Below the pieces are notes generated by a model. The model saw only the letters and a list, made by a program, of their open reading frames with translations. It did not search any database and was not told where the DNA came from. Made by a program: the position numbers and the translations under genes. Of a stretch of 64,000 nucleotides of DNA, positions 24,801 through 35,140 are shown in pieces; position 1 is the stretch's first letter; every line of letters starts with the position of its first letter. Origin of the DNA: Amoebophrya sp. A120 (taxonomy: Eukaryota > Protista > Dinoflagellata); NCBI GenBank assembly GCA_905178155.1, contig CAJINV010000007.1:1581341-1645340 (forward strand). The letters run 5' to 3'.

Positions 24801-25136
24801 ATGCGTCACGGCAAAGACGCCCTCTTTCTCGAGGATGAGAAGAAGCAAGAGCGAATGAGGACTTTGCGGAAGGACATCTTCGGCGAAGAGGAAGCGCTGA
24901 AGCGTGAAAATGAGGCAGAGCAACAGCATCCCATTGGACCCCAGGAAGACCCGTCTTCCCTCAAGCGAAAGCGCGGCAACAGCTCGGGAAACTCGCCTCC
25001 AGGAGGCGGTACAACTGGTGGAGACCACACGACGGGATCAAAACGCGCGAAGACCGGAGCAGCGGGAACGCATTGGTGGCAGGAAGTGCCAGTTGGTCCT
25101 GTTGATGAAGCCACCGGGGCTGCACTGGGCTGGTAG
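12829..25136 (+). CDS. Ankyrin-repeat plus histone deacetylase (class II-like, Zn-dependent) multi-exon protein
   Basis: Ankyrin motifs NRTALHCACIAGKPEFVKAIL, VPLLHMAL..IVKHLL, QTALHLACDIGSAKAVKLLL, DKANCMPIHYAI. HDAC motifs RPPGHH, GFCLLNNVA, VDFDVHHGNGT, SIHG..FYPGTG, ISAGFDGH..D, VLEGGY. GT-AG introns 23286-23670, 24039-24333, 24492-24750. The frame stays continuous from ankyrin to HDAC via elements 18663-21914. The first exon junction is uncertain. Confidence 0.8.
13911..15181. mobile_element. ~1.1 kb GC-rich insert (13989-15103) flanked by a 78-bp direct duplication of an exon
   Basis: 13911-13988 equals 15104-15181 with 2 mismatches; the insert has GAATACCAA/TTGGTATTC motifs in both orientations. 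Confidence 0.75.
15179..15438. mobile_element. Degenerate introner
   Basis: TIR tatccaagaaagcaacacc / ggtgttttttgcttgaata; TSD decayed (gtcga/gtcct); lies within predicted GT-AG intron 15172-15439. Confidence 0.6.
16112..17470. mobile_element. ~1 kb insert (16199-17168) flanked by an 87-bp duplication of acceptor plus ankyrin exon
   Basis: 16112-16198 equals 17169-17227 + 17443-17470 with 4 mismatches; the insert is rich in GCATCNGAGC in both orientations. Confidence 0.75.
17228..17437. mobile_element. Introner/MITE (A-tract TIR type)
   Basis: TIR tatcaaagaaaaaaagttcgtcacggtca / tgactgtgacaaacttttttctctccata; perfect TSD AAACT; the empty site is present in the duplicate exon at ~16166. Confidence 0.95.
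18663..18965. mobile_element. Older introner (A-tract TIR type)
   Basis: TIR tatcacacgcaaaaaagtg / cacttttttttcgtgggata; TSD aaact/cagct; removing 308 nt rebuilds ankyrin DKAN|CMPIHYA. Confidence 0.8.
19030..19294. mobile_element. Introner/MITE, family 2
   Basis: Perfect 16-bp outer TIR tatggattgcaaatat; TSD tcgcg/ccgcg; in-frame join FDTIA|SVTPLEY; interior homologous to the 58819 copy. Confidence 0.9.
20223..20589. mobile_element. Old introner, now a probable GT-AG intron (20222-20593)
   Basis: TIR tatcaaaatgaaaaatccccc / gggggtttttccttaggata; TSD no longer recognisable; GT..AG removal of 372 nt is in frame. Confidence 0.65.
20966..21210. mobile_element. Introner/MITE, family 4 (TATCCA.GAAAAAAACTG)
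   Basis: Perfect TSD TGCGT; ends match the 56634 copy; in-frame join EEIA|FVLKHY. Confidence 0.9.
21312..21518. mobile_element. Introner/MITE, family 1
   Basis: TIR tatgcattgaacaaaagta / tacttttgtgatgcata; TSD cgaca/cgaaa; in-frame join PH(D/E)|KLFDHF. Confidence 0.85.
21576..21914. mobile_element. Introner/MITE, family 3-like, probably in reverse orientation
   Basis: Ends tatcgcatgagtaaaagcctcccc / ggggtggaggagatgtttttgcacaggata; TSD gaact/gaagt; in-frame join FWEE(L/V)|CLRSEG. Confidence 0.8.
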
Positions 25137-26160
25137 AAGAAGTGAAGATGACTACTACACGAAGATTCATCTGACTGCATCTGCATTTTTATGCCAGAAG
25201 ATCAACATCATGAAGATGATGAAAACGCAAAACGCGCGTCGGTCCTCCTCCCTCGCAGGGCCGACACTTTCAAAGAAACAGCCTTTCTGTGCTTACAACA
25301 GAAGAAAAGTCAACATGGATGATGAATCTATTTTCATGATAAGCATCAAGAGCAAAACAGTTGAAGACCCATAGATGAAACAGAAGGAAGAACTCAGGGT
25401 ACATGTGACAACGAAACTTCACATGACAATAAAGAAAATTTTCAAAGCTAATTGCGTGCGTAAACGATTCAGTAGATCTAGATTCCGACTGAATATATAC
25501 GTCACTCCCTTGATGATCGTGACGTTTGAGACAGCAAGTTTAAGCCGGGATTTGCTTGACAACAAGTTGCTCTATTCTTGTGTTCCAATTCCTCTTCATT
25601 ACCGAACTTCGTCCCGGTGGAGATCGAGCAGCCAATTTATATATTAGCAGCATACGTAGGGTAGAGCATGAGCAGCTACGAGCTACGAACCTCTGTCGTC
25701 TGGACGCCATAACTCGTCCCTTTCGTTTTGAACTTGAAGAATGATTATATCAAGGCGTTGATGTTGTCTTGTTCAGCATGATGCCCTTTTTGTCTTCATA
25801 GACGGCGATCATTGGTGGGAAGGAAAAATGAAAATATGGCGTACTCCCCACCTCGTTTCCAGCAGGTAATTCTGCGACGACCGGCGTAGCTTCTTTCAGT
25901 TTTTGTCTCGGCGCTTGCTTCATTTCCTAGAAGAAGCAGCAACTGGATCCGGCTGAAAAATTAGGCAATTATTGGAGAAACTACAAAGTGTCGCCGAGGA
26001 CATTATACCACACGACACCAAATCCGCTTCAGCTGTTCCTGCGCACCTCCAGGAAATAAGACACGTAACAAAGAAGAGATTTATTTTCCTGCGCACCAGG
26101 GAAGACACGTATCGATTTTTTTGGACCAGCAACTACATCTGATGTCATCAGACAGACGAG

Positions 26161-29100
26161 AGAAACAGGACTAAATTCGAAATGGAATTTCAAAACCTGC
26201 TCTCCGACGCGTCCGCGTTCAAAAGACGGCAGTCGGAGTTGACGAAGCCGATTCTCTATGCAGTGCAAAAGCATCGTACTCGTATAAATGCATTACAAAT
26301 TTCCTCAGCATGACAAATAAAATCTGTCATGCGGATTTGCCTTCAGAAAAAGATTTGTAATGCAACACTTGCATTTATTATACGAATGCGATACTTTTGC
26401 ACAGGATATTCTCGCACCGAAAGGAGCTGCGCCTTTTCTGGAGGCACGACAGGAGCGGCCCCGACGGAGGACCACGGCGGAATTCTTGGGGCAGGAGAAA
26501 AATCAATTTCTTGAGTGGAATGATCATGCTATAGTACCGACGAGCCAGGCACCACACAACATCACGCCGCGCCACCCTGGACAAACTGGAGTTTGTTTCA
26601 GCCCGCGGAAAGCGAGGATCAAAAATCCGAATCATGGCTCTTCAGCAGCAACCTCCTCTTCCTCGTCTTCTTCAGCTGCTGCTACCACACGAATGAATAA
26701 AAATAATTATGTGCTGGGAGAGCCTGCTGACCTTGGCCCGGCGATGACGAGAAGGAACCACGCCGCTGCGCCCACTGGAGGTCCTCCTCCTGGTGGTCCA
26801 ATCGAGCGCGGCAGGATGAAAAATCCAATGCAGCGGCTCCTGCGAATGAAAATCGATGAAATGGCACGGGTATCAAATGCAAATAGGAATATGTCCGAGT
26901 GGTCCACCTCTGGAGAGTTTCAGAAGTTGAAGTTTGTCATGCGGCTGCTCTACGGTGGCCCATCCCCATGAGGTCTGAAATGCAGGACCTAACATCTTCG
27001 CAGTTTCTGCATCAAGGTCTCTTTTTTACCTAGCCACGAGCACGATGTAGACACGCGGTATCAACTTGACCAAATATTAGTCACTTGCAGTCACGCAAGA
27101 CAAATTTTTTTATTAGATCAAACTCAGATGAAGACACATCACAAATTCTTCCAGACGACGCAGACTGACATATTTTGAATGTATAGTGGGACGAGGGCGA
27201 GGCGACGTCGAGAGGGGCTGCAGAAAATTTATTGTCGCAGGAACATCGTGATCAGCAACACGACCTACACAATACTGTACAGCAACCGCCGCCCACATCA
27301 AGCACTGTTTCGTCGCCTTGCGCATTAAATAGTAAACCCGCTACTTCCAAAAGAGTCTCCCGGCACGTCAAACTCGAAAAAACCTTATCCTGAGTAAAAA
27401 CGCACCCACACCAGAGTCAGGATGGGGATTTTGCAACACAAACCTAAGAGTTTTGTGAGTCACGCATGACAAGTTGCAGTTCGACGTAGTGTAGTGCAGG
27501 TTAGCAAGTGCAGCCGCATCACAGAGTCGTCTGCTCATCCTGTTCACAGGATCACAAATTCCAAAACACGATTGCAAATGGCTCTCATGGGGATGCGCAT
27601 TACAAGTCTTCCTGTCTTTGCAAATCTGCATTACAACTCTGGTGTGGGTACATTTTTACTCAGGATAAACCTCTATCGTCCTGAGTAAAAACCGGGCCCA
27701 CTTCGACACCCAGAGTCAAGATGGGGAATCTTCATCTAAGTACACAAATCGACAACTTTAACGAGTTTTCAGAATATCCCTATGATGAAGACAAAGAAAA
27801 GCATCATGACTTCTTCTTAGATAACAGTCGAAATAAATGGTCCCCATGTTGGGGATCATGCGCAGGAGAAACATTGTAGGCATGCAGATCCAGATCATCA
27901 TTTGCATAGTACAGCTCTGGGGCGGGGACGTCCACGTTTTTTCACACCGGATAACCTCCTCCACAAGGTTGCCCTGCAGTCCGGCAACGCACACCACGCA
28001 GAAGAGGCGGTCCGGCAACGCACACCACGCAGAAGAGAAGAGAGGAGCGTCTCTACACGACCGACGAGAACTGCAGGGAGGTGACCTTGACGAAGGTCCT
28101 CTGCTGTATCGAACGGAAAGGATCGAAGGTGCCTACGTTTCATCCTCACCCGCAAGAACGCGAGATGTGTCTGCGTCTAGAAGCCCTGGTGTTGACAGAA
28201 CTAGAACTACTACTACGTCTTCAAAAGCAGGAGTAGATCTAGATGACCAGGTACCGCCAACAAAGAGCCACGAGGTCGTGGAACTAGAACATGAAAAATC
28301 CCTAGCCGGCGCCACTCACGCGGCGGAAGCTGCGAAACAAGACTGGCAGTTGGCACGGGAGGAGCTGGAGCGGGTGCAGGCGGAGACGAAAGCGCGGACG
28401 GCACGGATGCAGTACTTGGAAGAGTACACGTATTTTGCCACGGAGGGCGGAGTGAATGAATCAGCGGGCGCTACTAGCACGTTGTGCAGCTCTTACAGCG
28501 GCATTTTAGAAGGACACTCGGGGTCTTCACCTGCGCATTATGATCATGATCAAAAGAGAGCCCCTCTTGCAAAAGGCAGCACGGCAGCGACGCCTACTGC
28601 AAGAAGAGTGGCGTCAACTACTACATCATCTCCCGGCGGACGGCTGGTGTTCTCCCCGAACCGAAGCAGGGGCCGAGGACAGCTTAATACAGGCATAAAA
28701 GCCTCGGGAAATAAGTACAAGATCACCAGCTCCACCGCGGGTTTGTTGCAGGAGGAAAAGAAACGGCAAATGCAGAAGCTAGAGGACGAGATTGCCGACT
28801 TAATCGACGCCTTGAACGAGGAGCGAAGTAGGACGAAGAAGAGCGAAGGAACTACGCAAATAGCAGACGCAGATAAAGTTCTTTCTCCAAAAACTGCAGG
28901 GTGGAAAAATGACAAAGAAGTTAAACCAGCAGACACTACCAGCTGCAAAACGCCTGTTAGAAATGCGCAGCTCCAGGACCAGAGGAAAATAAATCCGAGC
29001 AACATCGCGAGCTCCTGCGATGATCCGTGTAGAACCGCTGGCTCTACTTCAATGCGGGGGGAGGAACATCAACATGCTGCATCAACATCATCTCTCCCGA

Positions 29101-32100
29101 TCATGACGACCGGCATGCTGGTGGAGGAGAACTACAGCGAAACAGCGGCCTGTCGCCTCGGCGACCACGACGAGCGAGACCGTAGTTTTACTGCTGAGCA
29201 AAAAGTAGATGACACGACTCGCAGCTCCTCTGGAGGGCATTTTGAGCAACCACATCGCGCAGACCACCGCGGCGCTCGTTCTCCTCGACGAGGACCAAGG
29301 TCCCCGCACAAGACCGAGGATTTGGATCATGTTTATGTTGGGTCAGGATCATCACATTCACATCTTCATCCTCGTCCTGCTGCTGGTGCTGATCTCGTCC
29401 CTGCCGAAGAAGTAAGTCGTGAAGACGACAACAACTACCCAACACCAGCAGCTGTAGCTCCACCTACAACGGTGAAGATAACAAACACAAACTCGGAGCT
29501 GCTTGCGCTCGACCAGCTTCTCACGGAACTTCACGTAGAGTACGAGCGCGTAACCGTCCCCCTTGAGTTTTTGAAGCACAAAAAAGCCGCGCTCGAGTCC
29601 CTCGAGAAGCACGTACAGGCTTGCTTTGCGCACATGGAAAAACGCGCGCCAAAAGTGTTGGAAAAGCGGACCGCCGCGCGGGATCTGAGGCGGATCTTGG
29701 TGCAAATGTTCTCCGCCAGCATGCAGGGGTAATATAGCACGTTTGTGACTTCTTCTCTTGATATCAGCTCATTGCAGTTTCAGTTCCTTCTCTGGTGCTA
29801 TGTGCTTCAGTTACAAGAAGAAAAGCAGCTTGTTGCTTATCGTTATCCCTACGCGTAGTTTGTTTGTGCTGGTTGTATTGTGTAGCAAAGGTGTAGCTCA
29901 TCTGGGCACTGCTGCATGCCTCATGGAAGGTATGCAGCAAATGGAATCAACGTGTCGAAGAAATAAACACAAAAATGAAAATCGAAAAATCCAGGTCTGT
30001 CGCAGAGTGGGACAGCTTGGCCGAGCAGCTGCAGAACATCCTGTTGCTAGGTCAACTTTACGCAAATGAGCAAGTAGAAAACGCTGGAAGAAAGCAAGAA
30101 GTTTTTATGTCAACATCTTCACTCGTCGCAGACGAGGACCAGCTAAAACACCGGAAAATCCTCGAGCAGGCCGAACTCGCGCATTTTTTTGCGGAAGCCA
30201 TTCTGCAAGACCAACAGCAAAACTCCGTGCAGCTCGAAGAAGAAAAGGAAAAGCTATCCGCCTGCTGTCAAGAGGACAAGCAATATCTCCAAGACTTGGA
30301 GCTCAGCACCCTGCGGAATGCGTGCGCGGTATTGCTTCGCCTGAAACGAAGAAAGCGAAGGGATAAGGTGAAACAGCTGGAGCTGAAGGAGAAATTCGAC
30401 GTGGAAGCCGGGAAGATAATCGCGAAGGAAAAGCAATTCGATTGGAACACAAGATTGATGGAATCGGAATTCCGCACCAAAGAGCAGGAACTTGAGCTGG
30501 AATGGTCAAACAACTACATCGCCACGCCGGGCGGCGGGAGCGGAACCTTTACCTCGCGCACAGGTCCTCGTGGAGCTGCGGCTCATGCTGGCGGTCCTGG
30601 TCCTCCAGGGGTGACATCTTCAAAGAAATTCCCTTCCACGAACGATCCACCGGGGTTCTCTTTGTTGCTGCTCTCCAAAAATGCTCCGGCCGCGCCCCCC
30701 CAGCACGCGACTTCTAATCTTCCGGCCCTCCTTACCAACCAGAACCACCGGAAGACGCATTCGTTTCTGGTGGACCGGATCAACCGTCTGCAGAAACAGC
30801 TGGACAACGAGGAAGCAGACATTGCGAAATTACAGCAGATGGGGCAGCAGGTTGCTGCATCGAAAAACCCCGAAGACGAGGAGCAAATCTATGGCGTTCT
30901 CAAACGCGGCTACATTGCTCGCCTATTTTACATGATTTCGTTTGCCAGACAAAACCCCGATATAGATACGCACACGTCGATCCAAGCTCCTTCGCATATT
31001 AAAATTAATTGCAAGTAGTTCTCGATGCGCGCTTCTTAATATTAGCATGGACTGAAAAATTCGTATCAGTTTCAAATGTGCAACGTGCGTCTTGAAGACG
31101 CGCAAACTCCGCCTACCCCTTCACTTTGGCTATTTCTGCATCAGAAATCAATCGTAACAGCGACCAATCATGCAATACGTTTGAGAACAACTCTATAAGG
31201 GCGCCGCTTTCGTCACCGATGCGATCCAGCTGCAGATGACGGAGCATTTCGCGGTTCTAGAGCATTTGCGCAAGCAGGACTGTCTGGAACTGAAAAACTC
31301 GTCGAACCAGAAAGAGACGGAGAAGGTTCTTGCTACCGGCATCCCCTACCACCGCCAGCTGGGGGAGCAGAAGCAAGCGACCGCCGTGCAGACGGAGGGT
31401 AATGTGGGGTTTGTGGCCTGCCAGAACGTTTACGATTCCAGTACAGCCTCTGGCTTTCTTGCTACTGGCGGATCTCTGACCACCTCCGATCACCACTACA
31501 ACGTCAGTGGCTATCATGCTGGTGGGGCAACGAAGATAAGCGGTGGATCAACTACGTGGGGTAGTAGTACTATCGGTGTTGATGGTCTCCTCAGGGCGGG
31601 GAACAATAAGGGGAACAACAATTATGCCCCCGCTGGAAAAACAAAAATAAAGCTGCATGTATTGAAGAACTCTTCTGACGAGTTGCAAATCCGGGTATTG
31701 ACGGGCTTGGAGGCGAGGAGCGAGCAGCAACTTTGCGTTGTGAAACTGTCTCCGGAAAACCACTTCGACCAACACGTGGTTGCAGCTGGTGCCCGCCAGC
31801 CCGGTACAACTAGATATCACAAGAAAAAACTGTTTCACGTAGAAACTTGTGATGCATAGAAAAATGCAACACAGACGCAACATCTGTCTTGCTACACATG
31901 CAAGACCACTTTGGGTTTTTAAACGTTTTTTGCCTTGGGAAGCACGCATGGCAAGTTTTCTGTCGTCATGTGCCTTCACGAAGTGCAAATTTTGCAAAAT
32001 CCTTACAGTGTCAGTGAATGTGAAACACTTTTTTCTTTACGATACGAGAGGCCACAATAGTAATCAGGGCCTGCTGCACCATGATCAATATCGTGGTCCC

Positions 32101-32898
32101 AAGGGCGCAGGAGCTGCTGATGCTCCTACGGGTGCAGCTGGAGTAGACCACCGTCGACAGGAAGTTATAAACACCGAGTCCTTGTCGTCGCACTCGTACG
32201 AGGAAGCGGACGCGATTCCCGGGGGCAGTTTGTTTTTCCTCGCTCCCTTCGAAGGGATACTTCTGGACTCGGTTTATTTTTCCGGGTCGGGGACCGCTAC
32301 CGAAACCGAAGATCCTGCCGCAAACTTCGATCGTTTTCAGGCCGAACTGCAAAGGGAGGAGAACGAGGGGGAGGCGGTTTTGTGGCGGAAGCGAGGCGAA
32401 CGGCTCGCGGAACTGGTAGACTTGGATTTGCGGAACCTGGCGCAGCCCGAGATCTTTTTGAGAGAGCAACGGCTTGCTGCCGCTGGAAGCAGGTGTTGTC
32501 TGCACAAAGCTCCTTCTACTGCTACTCCAACACCTCTTTCCTTGTTTACGAGACAGCAACTAGTATCAACAACACAACCTCCGGACTTCGGTGCGATGCT
32601 GATTCGAGAAGTTCTGACAATCGACTTGACGGCGGCTGTATGCATAATTGCAAAAGGATCGTGCTCAGTATTGATCACATATACAAACAAACCTTTTCCA
32701 GAAGTTGATGAAAGTGAAAAGTGCAAGTTATTATACTTGATGCCAAATGATGTAGAAGTAGATGTAGTACGTAAGAACCACTCCCCACGACTGCGTCGTG
32801 GGGCAAGGCTGATTTGCATTGCTGCTGGGCCAAGTTTGGAGCTATTGCGTGCATTGCAAGCAGTTTCTGCTTGGTTAGTGAAAACAGGCAACAGGTAG
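26161..32898 (+). CDS. Large multi-exon coiled-coil/low-complexity hypothetical protein (start and end uncertain)
   Basis: ORFs 26360, an exon 27187-27385, 27837, 29975, 31236 and 31849 join in frame via elements 26257, 26871, 27386/27674 and 31815, GT-AG intron 29729-29994, and an intron ~30908-31199. Several heptad-rich segments. Confidence 0.65.
26257..26408. mobile_element. Introner/MITE, family 1
   Basis: TIR tatgcagtgcaaaagcatcg / cgatacttttgcacaggata; perfect TSD TTCTC; in-frame join KPIL|APKG. Confidence 0.9.
26871..27185. mobile_element. Degenerate family 2 introner; probable GT-AG intron 26870-27186
   Basis: Left end tatcaaatgcaaa, right end ttcttccagac..gtata; TSD acggg/gtggg; in-frame join MAR|WDEGE. 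Confidence 0.7.
27386..27667. mobile_element. Introner/MITE, family 3 (first of a tandem pair)
   Basis: TIR tatcctgagtaaaaa..cccacaccagagt / actctggtgtggg..tttttactcaggata; perfect TSD AACCT. Confidence 0.93.
27674..27953. mobile_element. Introner/MITE, family 3 (second, more diverged, of a tandem pair)
   Basis: Ends tatcgtcctgagtaaaaac / gttttttcacaccggata; TSD ACCTC (27669-27673, 27954-27958). Confidence 0.82.
31815..32044. mobile_element. Introner/MITE (A-tract TIR type)
   Basis: TIR tatcacaagaaaaaactgtttcac / gtgaaacacttttttctttacgata; TSD ctaga/cgaga; in-frame join GTTR|GHNSN. Confidence 0.88.
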
Positions 32899-33399
32899 TC
32901 ATAGGCGACGCCGTCCGCGGCCGGGCTCACTGATCAAGCTCCAGGTAGTACTGAACTGCCAAGAAGAACCAAAAAAAATAAAAAAAGCCGACGTCTCCAG
33001 GGCAGGGCATTCACCGCGGCCGAAGAAACTGCTTTTCAGAGGCATAAAGCAGCACAGGTCTCGACACAGAATGGAGCCGCAGGCGCCACTGGCTTTTTTT
33101 TGATGCAAAAGTAAAATCCCAAAGGGGAGTTCGAGAAAAAGCACAATAGCAGAGCGAGCAGCTGAATAATAACTCCAAAGCGCGTCCTGTGAAAATATCT
33201 TCTAGCACAAGCAGCGCTCTTTCATCGCACAAGAAAGTAAGGCGCGCACTAAGTGTAAGTCGTGCCTGTGGGCACTTTCGAAATGCGCGCGCGCGCCAGT
33301 GGCACTTTCGAAATAGGCGGCGCGAGCAATGCTTTTAAAACGCCCAGCAAAGCAACGCGCATCAGAAAAGCTTTTGAGCACTTTCGTGCGTCTTGCGTA

Positions 33400-33885
33400 T
33401 TTTCTGAAAAGTCTTCAGAAGCTTTTCAGTCTTCAGAAGGTCAAAGCTTCTGAAGAATGCGGAAAAAAGGACGCAAAAAGTTGTCGCTTTGGAGACACAA
33501 TTGAAAAACCTTCTGAAGGTTTTCAACCTTCAGAAGGTTGGCCAAAATTGCGACACTTCACTGCCTTTTTTTGTCTAAAAAGTCGGAAAGTCTTCTGAAG
33601 GTCAAAAAAGTGCCACCTTCTGAAGGTTTTCAACCTTCAGAAGATTTCAAAGCGGTCATTTTTCACCTTCTGAAGGTTTTTTTGCTCATTTTCCATCTTT
33701 TTCTTCTGAAGGTCAAAAAAAACCTTCTGAAGGCGTGACCTTCAGAAGAAAAAAATGCTCACGGTTAAACCGATGGTATGCTCGCTCAAGAAAAAGAGGC
33801 TTTTTTCCATTTCTTCTGAATGTTCCAGTGATGATTTTGGACCTTCAGAAGACCTTCAGAAGAGAAAGCTTCTGAAGGTTCAGCA
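33400..33885. repeat. Dispersed array of about 15 CTTC(A/T)GAAG palindromes
   Basis: cttctgaag/cttcagaag recurs at irregular spacing, often as ccttctgaaggttttcaaccttcagaag pairs; a GC-rich segment 32900-33350 precedes it. Confidence 0.85.
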
Positions 33886-34495
33886 GCAATTTTGCCAAGC
33901 CTTCCCCTTATAGTTATTAGATTGATACAAGTCAAGGTATGTCATGCAAGATGCCGATTTTTAGTACGAGCGCGGTTCTTTTGCAGATGATAATAGACAA
34001 CTGTAGTTGGAAAAAATACGAGAAAAACGTCACCACCGTTTAGAAAAAATCTCGATCATGATGTCGACCAACACAAGAATGGCAGTACATTTCAAAGAAT
34101 CTGTGTTGGCAGGCAGCCCTGTTTTTTGCAGCAAAGTTCGTCCACCTCGAGTAGTGTCCTGACGTCGTCGGTTGGAATACCAAGGAGGGATGACGCTGCT
34201 GCAGCTGTTGGCGGTACAACAAATCATTTTAAAATGTTTTTCCGGCGTGAAGATCTTTGTGATTTATATGTTGCTTTGTTTATTTGCTGTATAAATATAA
34301 TATGGCATGACTTGCGGAGGTTGCGCTACCTCCATCTATTTCTTCATTCCAGGCACTGGCATACTTCATTCGCACTTCATACAAATCGAAATCTGACCTT
34401 CTTTAGGCACCATTCCTCGGCTACAACCTGCACGATCTGTCAGCACATCAAGCAGCAGCCTGCTCGACGACCCTGCTTCATCTGCGCAACAGCAT

Positions 34496-35140
34496 TTGAG
34501 GACTCTAGCGGTTTCCCTTCACGCGTCAACGAATCGTCCACCAAGGACCACTTTGTACCATGTGCGTGCAACCAATCTGGACGATTCTGCTCTCGGAGTT
34601 GTAGGACCCGATGTGTTCTACGCGACCCTGACGCCGAGGGAGCTGTTTAGCTTCTTCTCAGCACCACCACCAGATTGTTCAAGAACTGCATCAGCAGCAG
34701 CTTCGTCTACATTTTCATTTGGCGAGAACACCAGTCAAGAATTTGCACTACACAATGGCTGTTCAGACAAAAATATGCTTCCGAGCAAAATTCTCTTCCG
34801 GCACAGAGTTCTTGCGGACGATGAGGCTTTCTTTCAGCAATTTCGCCAGATGGCAACGGACCTGTTTGCCACCGCGATTGTGGACAAGGACAATTCTAGT
34901 GCTAGTAGCAGTTACTCTTCTACTACCCCGGGTGCCGCGGCTGCTCCTGCTGTCCCAGCACCAGCTTCACCAGAAGATCAGAACCCATCACGAGGAAGTA
35001 AAAACTTCCGCCTCGTGTTTCCGCCTCCACTGCCCCCTCGCGGTTGGGTCGACGATGTGGTGCAAAATCACACGGAGATCCAGACAAATGGAAATGCAGC
35101 TGGCGTGTATCCAAGAAAAAACATGACTGTTCCGTTGTAG
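34496..35140 (+). CDS. Probable exon of a hypothetical protein
   Basis: 214-codon open frame with composition like neighbouring exons; no ATG start or recognisable domain. Confidence 0.4.
   Translation: MRTLAVSLHASTNRPPRTTLYHVRATNLDDSALGVVGPDVFYATLTPRELFSFFSAPPPDCSRTASAAASSTFSFGENTSQEFALHNGCSDKNMLPSKILFRHRVLADDEAFFQQFRQMATDLFATAIVDKDNSSASSSYSSTTPGAAAAPAVPAPASPEDQNPSRGSKNFRLVFPPPLPPRGWVDDVVQNHTEIQTNGNAAGVYPRKNMTVPL

Noticed and set aside
33400-33885. CRISPR array
   Set aside because: The repeat is only 9-11 bp, spacing is irregular, there are no cas genes, and the context is eukaryotic.
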